From the NCBI RefSeq assembly GCF_009914755.1, contig NC_060925.1: a stretch of DNA of 64,000 nucleotides; one strand, given 5' to 3'. The position numbers and the translations under genes were made by a program. Under the pieces are notes generated by a model. That model saw only the letters and a program-made list of their open reading frames with translations, did no database searches and was not told the origin of the DNA. Origin of the DNA: the human T2T-CHM13v2.0 reference genome, Homo sapiens. Shown piece after piece: positions 43,031 to 64,000 of the stretch; positions within the stretch are counted from its first letter, which is position 1; every line of letters begins with the position of its first letter.

Positions 43031-46000
43031 ACCCTTCTCCTCAGGGACCTATGCACCTTATGTGAGGAAGTCCTGCTCTTATCAGGATTGGTCATCCAGG
43101 CCCTGATCTTGCTCATCTCTGGTTCCATGTCCTGTGGAGGACCAAAGCTCACCAAGATAGCTTTTTTCCCTTCACTGTGGCAGACTGTGTTGCCCCTGCG
43201 CCATCTATAACTCTGGGAAATGCCCATCATATCTTCTCTTGGGCTTCAGGAAAGAATTTCCTGGTTTCTCTGATGATCAGCACTCTCCTTAAAATCCAGA
43301 TAAAAAAGGAATGAACCATTTTCTCAGTTTGGTGTGGATAAAATTAGTGCTGTTTGATTTTTTGGGCCCCAGGTAGGCAGGTTAATTAGCATTTCCTTGT
43401 ATATTCTAGTCTCCAGTAGTCTAGTCCAGGAGACTCTAGTCTCCTGCTGGTAATAATATAGTAGTAGATAGTAGACCAGCAACTGGGCTTCTTGGGATTT
43501 TAATCCTGAAAACAGTGGGTCTGACACTGTAGTGTTTTTCATCAGTGTCCACCCCTAAATGGGCCTTCGCACTACTCCCTTCACTTGGTTGCCTCCACTT
43601 GCCATCTGAGCAATTGGCGAGGATGTGCCAGGCCTAGGTTACACTTGAAAACATACTTGACCTTGTATTCCCTGCTCCTTTGAGGTCAGTTTTGCTGCAA
43701 TTTTGGTTCATGGGGCCCTCATACATGGCTGAGAAATTGAGTGAGAGGTATAACAGTGCCTTAAAATGTTTCAGCCTATGAGGTAATTAATTAGGTTGGT
43801 TAGCTCCAGAGGTAACCTGCCAGGAAGATATGATATAGATGTTACTCTTACACTGTAATGAAACATTGTGAAATCAGATTACTTTAAAATGAGGTACCAC
43901 AAAGTCATGGGAAAAAAGCAGTTGTGAGTACGGAAGCCCAGGGCTTACATCCCAGCTCTCTCTTATACTAAATATGGGTACAGTGTTTCCACCCTTTGTC
44001 TGTAAGATGGGAGCTAATATCCTCTAGCCTGTCTGACTCACATGGTAATTAAAAGGATTAAGCAAAACAATAGTTTATAATTCATAATTCTATACAAATA
44101 AGAGATGTTATTATTTAAAAAAATAAATCTTGAAGCTTGTAATCTGGTCTTTGGGGAAAAAATCATAAATCATAAAATACAAATTTGGTAACATTGAAAA
44201 CACCTGTGCATCAAAACACATCATTAAAAAGATGAAAAATAAAAGCCACAGAACAAAAATACAAACCTTACAACTAACAAAAGATAGTATTCAGAGTACA
44301 TAAGAAATCCTATCAATCACTAAGAAAAAGACAAATAATGTAATGAATAAGCAAAGAATATGAAAAGGGACCCCATAGGACTTATAACTTATTCATGTTT
44401 CTATATTATCACAGTCCTCACCTCATTGGGCTCTCATTTCTTTCCTTAGTCCCACTTAGATTCCATGATCCATCAACTTAACCAATACCTTACATATCCC
44501 TTTACTCCCTGATGCCTCTTTTATTTCCCTTATTCATTTGGCAAAACCATCACCTTGAGTAAATCCCTGCAACTTCACCTCTGTGGCTGACTGGAGCTAT
44601 AGGCACACTTCTTCCAATGCAGCTGAAAAACGGGTACAAATTCGGTTAAGAATTTGCGGATATGATAGCGGAAAGATGAAGGAGGCCCATAAAATGGCTT
44701 CCATGTCTTCAGTGAAGAATGAAGCACTGTGGTAAAAGTGAGGATGTAAGGATGTGAGGGAGAGAGGATCAGAAAGACAGGATGTGAGGACAGAAGTTTG
44801 AAGAGATTTGAAAAAGGTACAACATCATTTTTATGGAGACGGGGAGATGATGTTACCAGAGAAACTGGGCACTATGAGTACCAATTTGCAATCATGATTT
44901 TTTAGGATATCAATTTGTGAAACTTGCAGTGCATCAAGTAGCTCACAACTGAGCACACTGACCTTATGTAGCTTTAGTGGACCACTATTTCAGAACCCTT
45001 TGTCAGAGTATACCAGCCTCCACTCTGCTATGACATGCAGTTATTCTAGTCTACAGTCCAGAGGCTCTGCGCCAATCTATTCTTCTTAGTGTACAGAATT
45101 TAGGCATTATGGAGCTGAACAACAGAGGGAGCCAGGATCCTGATTGCTATGGAAACGTCATGTCATCCTGGATTACATAGGTTTATGTGTGACAGAAATA
45201 AACTAGGATCGGACCTTAAGCCACTGGTATTTCAGGTTTTCTCCACCACCCCCAGCTGATTGTAAATATAACCAACAAAAAGCTCCAATGAATAATGTAC
45301 AACTATTCAGAATAACGGATCACCACAAAAATGCCCATGTTAAACCATAGTAAAAATTACTATCAATATAGGGTTTGAAACTGTTAATTATATTGAAGTC
45401 AAAATAACTTTCACGTTTATATGAAATCAAGAGATTAGAAATATCTGTTTTACTAACTTATAAATCCACATAGTAATGATATTTATGAAATAAAAGACTT
45501 TGTAAAAATGATAAATGAAAACAGCAATAATTGTGCAAATTGCCTCAACATTTCATTTAGCCAGTATTTATGGAGTATATAAACAGTGCTACACAGTATG
45601 TTGTCTGCTAGGGATATGAACATGAAATAGTCTCTAACTTCCATTGAGGAGCCAACAGAGACATAAACAGATAACTTTCTCTCTGTTTATCTTCAGTGTG
45701 ATTTTTTATTTATGAACAGATTTTATAAATTTAGCAAATGGATAAAAAATATTTTTTTAGCCTTGGAAAAGATACCAGTTTTGGTGGGGAAAAAGGCTAA
45801 ATGTAATTTGGCTCACTGAGCAGTAGAGGGTGATAGAACACCAAAATGACAGCTTGAGAATGCCTTTAGACCACGTTGTATTTTTCTATAAACAATTCAT
45901 TCAATTAATATTTTTCCACAAACTCAATGACATATTTAGCTATGAATATAAAAGTACATAAGGAAATTATAAATAAAGTGCAGTCATAATTTGGGAAAAG

Positions 46001-46667
46001 CAAGGGGAAAAAATTAGCAATTTTCACTTATTCCTGTTTTATTTATTATTCTTTATTACATTTTTTTCCTCCGTGTTACAATATCAGGAAAGCTCATCGA
46101 CCGAGGAAATACATTGCACCAGTTTTTTCTCATAAGTGTTACAAATAAAGGTTGTCTTATTGGTATCTTTCATGTTAAGGGTCAAGTTAATGAAAGCCAA
46201 TGTGGTAGGTGCATGGCAACAGCAAAAGACAAAAGAATGATAAAATCTTTATATCTGTGGGTAGCATCTTTTTGAAGCATGAAATTTAATAACCCTGATT
46301 TACGTCAGTTCTTTTGACAGTAATATGTCATATATAATATTCACATGATAAAACTCTTTAAAATGCAACTACAGCAAAGTGGCGTTTCCTCATCAGAATA
46401 TATTTTGTTTAAAATTATTGTGAAAGTGCCTCTTATTTATGTTATTATAATGCATTTCCTACAAAAAGAGAAAGTGGCTTTTCTTCATCCGAATATATTT
46501 TGTTTACAATTATTGTGAAAGTGCTTCTTATTTATGTTATTATGGACAATTAACTGTCCCTTTTCAAGGGCATAAATGAGCAGTTATTTGTGGAGCACAC
46601 ACTAGGTGCTCAATTTATGTATGTTCAGAGGAAGAGATTTTTGAAACTTTGAGTTAGGCTAGAGTGC

Positions 46668-46933
46668 TGTTTTAGTTTCCTAGGACTGACTTAACAAATT
46701 ACTAGAAACTGGGTGGCTTAAAACAATAAAAATTTAGTTTCTCACAGTTCAGGAGGCCAGAAGACCAAAATCAAAGTGTTGGCAAGGTTGGTTCCTTCCA
46801 GAGGTTCTAAGGGAGAATCTGTTCCCTGCTTCATTCCTGGTTGCCAGCAATCCTTGGCATTCCTTGGCTTCTGGCTGCACCACTCTAGTCTCTGCCTCCA
46901 CCATACATGGCATTCTCTGTGGGTGTCTGTGAC
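46668..46933 (-). mobile_element. MLT1 (MaLR) LTR, left part
   Basis: ttagtttcctaggactg...aaactgggtggcttaaaacaa...ctcacagttc. Confidence 0.8.
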
Positions 46934-54358
<7,425 letters not shown>

Positions 54359-54359
54359 A

Positions 54360-54538
54360 TCTGTGTCTTTATATAGCCTTCTTATAAGGATACCAGTCAT
54401 TGGATTTAGGGCCCACTCTAACCTAATATGACCTCATCTTAATGAATTATATCTGCAAAGACCCTATTTCCAAATAAGTTCACATTCTGAGGTTCCAAAT
54501 GCATATGAATTTGGGGGGACATTATTCAACCCAGCACA
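54360..54538 (-). mobile_element. MLT1 LTR, right part
   Basis: cttataaggataccagtcattggatttagggcccac...attattcaacccagcaca. Confidence 0.8.
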
Positions 54539-56122
54539 AGTATAGTAATGCTATTTAGTATGTCTTCAAATAAATTGTAAAAGGGAAGAAAATTCCTTTA
54601 TGGAAATATAATATGGATACTGAATATGTTATATTTAGAATAGACACATCCCAAAGTACATTCAACTGAGTCTTTTTATTTTACATTATTTTTATATTTA
54701 TGTATATTTATATTTATACCTTGCCTTGTTCTATGAGGGTTTTGGGGTGTCTTACAATAAGAACACTTAGTTTATAATATGCACAGCATAAAATGTATGC
54801 TGCTCATTGTCAATAGTGTATAGTTTTTATTAACAATATAAAATTAGAGATTCAGTAATAAAGGAAGATATAGTAAAATCCTTACTATACGTGAAGTCCA
54901 CAAAGTTTAATCACATAAAATCCATGGCTACATTATTGCAAAGTTTAAAAAAAAACTGCTCAATTAGTCTTCCAGTTAATGTGTGCTTTATTTGTTTTCA
55001 TTTATGAGCTATGTAAGAAATAGACCAATTATTACAAAATATGTAGCATACACTGAGTTGAGAAAGCCCCAAATTATCACAAAGTAGTCACTTCCTGACT
55101 CTTCACCATGCAGAAGATAATACCTTTAGCTGGTCTTCATTTGAGAATTGCACCCAGGAAAACAATGGGAGCCAATTGCCAGTCGAATTCCATCTGAATT
55201 TACATTATCTCAGAGACATTATCACAGTTTTAACAGTCAAGACCAGAGAATGATGAAATAGAGATGATAAAAGGAAATATAGTCTGTTGCACAATTCTCA
55301 TTATCAGAAAAAAGAGAATGCATCAGCTCCTTTGGAAAAGCCAAGTTTTGCTATGAGTTGTTTAAAAATGTCTTGCTGAGTGATGAAGGGAGTAGATAAT
55401 GTCCTTTTAAAATTGCTGAAGTAATTGCAAAATCAGCTTTATAAGGCTGCTTCTTATCAATTGTTTTGTTATAGTGGAGGCCATGATGCTAAAACATAAC
55501 TCAGTCAAGGCAGTTATGGGAAGGGCCAAGATAATACAAGCCAATGATTCCAGCTTTTTCCAAGAATACAAGTTAAAGTAACTAGAATGTAACTAAAACA
55601 AACACCCTTCAAACTCACCTCCCTAAATATCACCTTCCCACCTAGCCTTTCGTTAGGTATGGGATAGTAGACTCTACCTTCCTGTGCTCACTGATGAGAA
55701 CACAGAAAGCTAATATTCAGAGCTGTTAAATCCATACATGCTTTAAAAACAAGTGAACAGACAGATACATTACATATTTCTTTAAATTTTACATTTGGGA
55801 GTACATGTTTTAGTTTGTCACATGGATATATTATGTAGTGGTAATGTTTGGGTTTCTAATGAACCAACCAGCAATAGTGAATATTGTACCCAATAGGTAA
55901 TTTTTGAGCCCTCATCCTCCTCCCATTCTCCCCTTTTTTGGAGTCCTCAGTGTTATTTTCATCTTTATGTCCATGTGTTCCTATTGTTTAGTTCCCACTT
56001 ACAAGTGAAAACATGCATAATTTGATTTCTGTTTCTGAGTTATTTCACTTATGGCCTCCAGCTCCATCCATGTTGCTGCAGAGGACATGATTTTATTCAT
56101 TTTTATGGCTGCATAGTATTCT

Positions 56123-57135
56123 AATATATATATACCAGATATATATATGATATATATATACCAGATATATATAGGATATATATATACCAGATATATATAG
56201 GATATATATATACCAGATATATATAGGATATATATATACCAGCTCTATATAGGATATATATACCAGCTCTATATAGGATATATATATACCAGCTCTATAT
56301 AGGATATATATATACCAGCTCTATATAGGATATATATATACCAGCTCTATATAGGATATATATATACCAGCTCTATATAGGATATATATATACCAGCTCT
56401 ATATAGGATATATATATACCAGCTATATATAGGATATATATATACCAGCTATATATAGGATATATACACCAGATATATATAGGATATATATATACACCAG
56501 ATATATATAGGATATATATATACCAGATATATATGATATATATGATATATATGGGATATATATGATATATATGATATATATGGTATATATATGATATATA
56601 GTATATATGATATATATGGTATATATATGATATATAGTATATATGATATATATGGTATATATATGATATATAGTATATATGATATATATGGTATATATGA
56701 TATATAGTATATATGATATATATGGTATATATGGTATATATATGATATATGATATATATGATATATATGATATATATGATATATATGGTATATATGATAT
56801 ATATGATATATATGGTATATATATGATATATATGGTATATATATGATATATATGATATATATGGTATATATATGATATATATGATATATATCATATATAT
56901 GGTATATATATGATATATATGGTATATATGATATATGTGATATATGTGATATATATGATATATGTGATATATGTGACATATATGTGACACATATATGTGA
57001 CATATATGTGATATATATGCTATATATGACATATGATATATGGTATATGACACATATGATATATATGACATATATGATATATTTATATATGACATATATT
57101 ATATATATTATATGATATATATGAGATATATGACA
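56123..57135. repeat. ~1-kb AT-rich compound VNTR
   Basis: 24-26 bp ccag(a/c)t(a/c)tatataggatatatatata units grade into gatatatat/ggtatatat and then gacatat units. Confidence 0.95.
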
Positions 57136-57676
57136 TTTCCTTTACCTAGTCAACCACTGATGTACACTTAGGGTTGAATCTATGACTTTCCTATTGTGAA
57201 TAGTGCTGTGATAAATATATGAGTGCAGGTCTTTTTGATATAACAATTTATTTTCCTTTGGGTAGCTTCCCTGTAGATTGCTGAGTTGAATGATAGCTCT
57301 ATGTTTAGCTCTTTGAGAAATCTCTATACTGTTTGCCACAGGAGCTGTACTAATTTTTTTTCCCATCAATAGTGCATAAGTATTCCCTTTTCTCTGCATC
57401 CTTGCCAACATCTATTATTTTTTGACTTTTAAATAATAGCCATTCTGACTGATGTGACAAGGTTTCTCGTTGTTTACTTTGCATTTCTCTGATGATTAAT
57501 GATGTTGAGCATTTTTTTCATGTTTGTTGGTTACTTGTATTTTAAGAAATGTCTGTTCTTGTCCTTTGCCCACTTTTTTAAGGGGTTGTTTTTTTCTTGT
57601 TGATTCATTTGAGTTCCTTATAGATTCTGGATATCAGTCCTTTTGTTGAATGCATAGTAAGTAAACATTTTCTCCC

Positions 57677-58052
57677 TGTATTAGTCTGTTCTCACACTGC
57701 TACAAAGAATGGCCTGAGACTGGGTAATTTATAAAGGAAACAGGTTCAATTGACTCACAGTTCCACATGACTGGGGAGGCCTCAGGAAACTTATAATCAT
57801 GGCAGATAGGGAAGCAAACATGTCCTTCTGCACAAGGCAGCAGAAGAGAGAAGTGTGGAGCGAAGGAGGAGGAACCCCTTATAAAACCATGGGACCTTGT
57901 GAGAACTCACTCACTATCATGAGAACAGCATGGGAGATACCACACCCATGATCCAATCACCTCCCACCTGGTCCCTCCCTCGACACATGGGGATTAGGGG
58001 GATTACAATTCGAGATGAGATTTGGGTGGGGACAGAGAGCCAAACCATATCA
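57677..58052 (-). mobile_element. THE1 (MaLR) solo LTR
   Basis: tgtattagtctgttctcacactgct...gccaaaccatatca with 5-bp TSD ctccc at 57672-57676 and 58053-58057. Confidence 0.93.
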
Positions 58053-59256
58053 CTCCCATTCTGTAGGTTGTCTTAGTTTATTCTGTTGTTTCTTTTGCTG
58101 TGCAGAAGCTCATTCATTTAATTATTTGTCTATTTTTGTTTTCATTGTATTTGCTTTTCAGTTCTTAATCATAAATTATTTGCCTAGGCCAATATCCAGA
58201 AGAGTTTTTCCTAAGTTTTCTGCTAGGATTTTTGTAGTTTCAGGTCTTACTTTTAAGCCTTTAATCCATCTTTTTTTGTATATAGTAAGAGATATATACA
58301 ATTTTGTATATAGTGAGAGATAAGGGTACAGTTTGATTCTTCTTCATGTGGTTAGTCAGTTTTCCCAGCACCATTTATTGAATAGGGAGTTCTTTCTCCA
58401 TTGTTTATTTCTGTCAACTTTGTTCAAGATCAGATGGTTGTAGCTATATGGCTTTATTTCTGGGTTATCTATTCTGTTCCATTCATCTATGTCTATATTT
58501 GCACCAGTATCATGTTGTTTTGGTTACTATAGCCTAGTAGTATAGTTTGAAGTCAGGTAATGTGATGTCTCTGGCTTTGTTCTTTTTGCTTAGGATGTTT
58601 TTGCTATGTGGGCTCTTTTTTGGTTCCATATGAATTTTAGAATTGTTTAGAAAAGTTACATTTCTAAGACAATGAAATATAAATGCAGCCTGGGCAATAT
58701 AGTGAGATCCTCCCTCTACAGAAGAAAAACGAAGTCACTAGCTTGTCAAAATAGAACTCTAGACAAATACCTGAATGGTTCCTGCAGGGAAACTTGGGAT
58801 TTCCTCAAGAAAAGGTTCTGGGGACTTCAAGTCCAATACAGTAGACCCAGCACAAAGCTTTTTCTTCTCTACTTTCTGAGACCTAATGATAACATAGAGG
58901 TTAACTCAGAACAGTAAACAGAACAGTAAGAGGGTCACCAGTGGATGAGAGTTTAAAACAATGGAAGACAGAAAGAGACTGGAAGCCTAAGGCTAGATAA
59001 GAGAGAATCAGCAGCCCAGAATGTGCAGGAAGGGATTTTAATGCCAGAGTGAGTCTGTCTCTATGGCAGAAACCCACAGAAGCCCAGGGCTGAGCTGGCA
59101 GGTGCCTCAGAGGGCAGGGGCAGAGGAGAGGTAAAATAGAAGGGTTAACTGAAAGCCTGCCTAGTGCACAGTCTACACCAGACATGTACCTACACTCCCA
59201 ACCCTCGTCTCCCACTCCTAAATACACAGAATACCAACTAGTATGAAATCCTGGCC

Positions 59257-59299
<43 letters not shown>

Positions 59300-60536
59300 C
59301 TTGAAAAATTGAGTAAACTGGCTGAGAAGAATCAGAAATGGTGAAAATGGATGCCAGTGCCCCAAGTAAAGCTCTCTCTATTCTTGCATTTTGTAACCCC
59401 ATTCCTCCCCGCAAAAACTAAAAGTCTCCAGCATTCTAACCCTAAAATGAACATGACTAGTGGATAAGTCTATTTTCAAAAGGAATGACTAGAAATGAGT
59501 GACAAAAATTTGTGTTCCTCATTCCTTACTGTGATGCCTCTTCTGGTAGGTGACTTCCAGGCCAGGGACTATATTTTCCAGCCTCGCTTGCATTCCAATG
59601 TAGTCATTTAACTACATGGGATATAAGTAGAAGTGATGTGTATCACTTCCAGGCCAGGGCTTTTAAGAAAGTAGGTGTGCCTTTGCACTTTCTTATTTAC
59701 TCTTCTGCCAGCCAGAGGCAGAAGGCACCAAGGCCTGCAGAGATGCTAGTGGTGCCAGGGGAAAGAGTCTGGGTCTCTGAATCACCACATGCAAGAAGCC
59801 ACCTGCCAATCAGGCATTGGACCACAATACAGATGACAAACAAACATCTATTATGTAAAGCCATTGAAATTTATATAACCAGCATTACCACAATCAATTA
59901 TCTGCACCCCCCCGCCCCCGCCCCAGCCCACCGCCCAGGTACACAGAGCTCCCAACTACTGGCAGATATTCCATGGGAAAACAGACTTATATACATCAGA
60001 GTAAGAAACTCCTAAAAGCTACTTAGAAGTCTCATTCTAAAATATGATGGACAACTAAAGATCACAAGAAAGAAAACAAGCAACATAAAAAAGAAAGACC
60101 AAGATAAACAGTATTCATCCTAAGAAAAGAGCAGAGATTATCTATGGAATAGAAAAAATTACATTTTTAATTACTGTTCTCAGAGACATTTGAAAAGACA
60201 CTGCTTCCATGAAACTACGACTGGATACTCCTACACCCTGCCCTGACTTCACACACACAAACCAAAATAAAAATCCAAAAGAAGAAAGAGTTCTGGGAAA
60301 TTAAGCATATAATTGCTGACATTTTAAAAATCGAAGGGTTGAAAGACAGCCTAGACCCTCTCCTGGAACATAAAGCAAAAGATGAAAAGAGAGAAAATGT
60401 CAGAAGAAAGACGAAACAGAATAAATCCAGAAGATCCTATATCCAGCAAATAGAAGTTCCAAAAAGAAAAAAAACAAGGAATGAAATATCTTTTAAAGCT
60501 TTAGTATGTATGTGAGTACACACACACATACACACA

Positions 60537-60568
<32 letters not shown>

Positions 60569-60714
60569 GTCTCATCGAGAGTTAAAGAAAGATGTAACTA
60601 TTCCTAGTGAAGGGTGTAAATGAGTACTAGGCAAAATGAATGAAAAAAGATCAACTAGACATCACATTATGAAATTCTGGAAGATTAAATATTAAGAGAT
60701 TTTTAAGTTAATTA

Positions 60715-61125
60715 ATTTCTTTACTGTGGTAAGAACACATAAGACCTACCTTCTGAAAAAAATTTAAGTTTACAGTACTATTAACTGTAAACACAATGCT
60801 ATACAGCAGATCTCTAGAACTTAATCATCTTGCATAACTGAAGCTTTATATCCACTGGGCAGCCCTCTCTATTTCCCCTCCCTCAGCCCCTGGCAGCCAC
60901 CATTCTACTCTCTGCCATAGAAATGAACAACTAGCTTATTTCACTTAGCGTAATGTCCTCCAGATTCATCCATGTTGTCACAAATGACTGGATTTCCTTT
61001 TTTATGACTGAATAATATTCCATTTTATGTATATAGCAAAGTTTCTTGATCCATTTATCTATCAATGGACATGTAGATTGTTTCCACATCTAGGCTATTG
61101 GGAATAGTGTTGCAATGAACATGGG
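60715..61125 (-). mobile_element. L1MB-type 3' end inside an older + strand L1M ORF1 region
   Basis: acagcagatctctagaactt, ccaccattctactctctg, ttcatccatgttgtcacaaatg. Confidence 0.7.
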
Positions 61126-61196
61126 AAGACTCTAGAGAGGAAGAGAAAAAAGATCACCTACCAAGGAACAATAATACACCAGCATCAAGCTGCTGC

Positions 61197-61422
61197 TTCT
61201 TTTCGTTTTTTCCTCCAAGACACAGTCTTGCTCACCTTAGCCTCCTGCGTAGCTGGGACTACAAGCATGAGCCACAACACCCAGCTAAGTTTTGGCATTT
61301 TTTGTAAAGACAGGATTTTGCCATGTTGCCCAGGCTGGTCATGAACTCCTGGGCTCAAGCGATCCTTTCACCTCAGTCTTCCAAAGTGCTGGGATTACAG
61401 GCTTGAGCCACCGTGCCCGGCC
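61197..61422 (-). mobile_element. AluJ with an internal deletion
   Basis: Right arm jumps from gtcttgctca to ccttagcctcc. Confidence 0.85.
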
Positions 61423-62278
61423 CAAGCTTATTAGTAATACTCCATGCTAAAGACAGCAGAACAATTCCTTCACAGTTCTGAAGGGAAAAAATGTTTGAAT
61501 ATAGAATGTTGTACTCCACCTAACTATAAATCAATGTGAAGGCATACTAAAGACATTTTCAGATTTTCAATTACTCAGAAATTTCATCTCCCGTCTGTTT
61601 TTTCTGATGAAGATACTTTTGGAGATATTCCAGAGAAGTGAAGTGCAAACCAACAGAGGAAGATATGGAATACAAGAAAGAGTAGAACTCACTCAGGAGT
61701 ATAATGAAAAATCATTTCAGAGTGACAGCTGTGCATAGGGTTTACAAAACAATCTAAATCAGGAGAGGGAGTCAGTGGGTCCCAAGTATAACATTAATAC
61801 TATCTTCAGGAAGAAAAATGAAATGTAGTTTACACAAAACATAGAATGACCATGAAAATAGATGATATCAGTGACATGGTGAAGAAAACATATGTTTCTT
61901 CTCTCAGCAAGATAAAAGAAAGATAATTGGAAATTCCAGGAAAAAAAAAAACGACAAGAATTATATAGAAAAGTCAAGATACAAATATGAAGCCAGCTAA
62001 AATGTAGCACAATTTTCAGCAATTTCTGTAACTATGAAAGAGAATTTATTTAATTTAGACTCTAAAATATCCTTCTTCAAAGAGCCCAGAGGTCATGGTC
62101 TTGGACCTATAGAAAAGGAAATGTAATTTTTGCATATTATTTGCCTATGCAATGAATATTAATTAAATAGTCATAATAACATAAATTGGGGGGTTATGTT
62201 GATATTTAACTCCCAGAATCAAACTGTAAGCAACAGTTTATAAAAGATGGGTTACAATAAAGAAAGAATTTGGCATTA

Positions 62279-63442
<1,164 letters not shown>

Positions 63443-63743
63443 TCATGATTATATAAATATAGCCTGGGAGTCAAGAGGTATTATATATGGCTGATGGGAC
63501 AAAAACTAGAGGTTTAAGTGTTTTATTTAAAGGTATAAAAGCAACCAAGAATAAAACTATAATAATAGCTATCAAAAACTGGGAGAGGGTAGCTAAATCC
63601 TTGTTTTTATTATAGAGAATAAGTACAATACATAGAAATAAAGTCTTGAAAGATACACACCAAATTACTTTCAGTTGTAACTTTGCAGGAGGCAGTTTAA
63701 AGGAATAAAGGGATAAAAATCAGTGATTAAAAATTTTAATCTT

Positions 63744-64000
<257 letters not shown>

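Larger units (their letters stand above)
55780..58648 (-). mobile_element. L1PB/L1MA-type 3' portion containing a VNTR and a THE1
   Basis: Reverse L1 3' UTR and ORF2 sequence (ttttatggctgcatagtattc; tttttggttccatatgaattttag). Confidence 0.85.

Noticed and set aside
56373-57095. 240-aa and 184-aa Y/I/H-rich ORFs
   Set aside because: Translations of the AT-rich VNTR, whose units lack stop codons in those frames.
59259-59290. Isolated A32 tract as a tail-only retroinsertion
   Set aside because: No TSD or parent element is visible; a simple A-run expansion in old L1M sequence is sufficient.

Overview
Human (primate) genomic DNA, most consistent with the 1p13.3 NBPF6 region. The window opens with the last two coding exons and 3' UTR of an NBPF4/6-type gene (+ strand; C-terminus ...AESAE|IPNTAERMQRMIG*). 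The rest is repeat-rich intergenic DNA. (1) A 5.4-kb HERV-H that is not a provirus but an L1-made processed copy of HERV-H RNA: R-U5-internal-U3-R-poly(A), a 10-12 bp TSD, and one extra 5' G. (2) A three-level nest: MER11 LTR > full-length L1PA3-like > antisense SVA_F-like. (3) Three decayed minus-strand exons of a divergent SLC25A24/SCaMC-1-like Ca2+-binding mitochondrial carrier gene, with ST13 and RPL7L1 retrocopies in its introns. (4) A second three-level nest: MLT1 > full-length antisense L1PA8-like > HERV-K LTR5 solo LTR. (5) A ~1-kb AT-rich VNTR plus many Alu, L2 and old L1 fragments. I found no intact new protein-coding system. The best leads are the HERV-H retrocopy, the dead carrier paralog and the nested insertions. 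Family and subfamily names come from recalled consensus sequences, not from a search.
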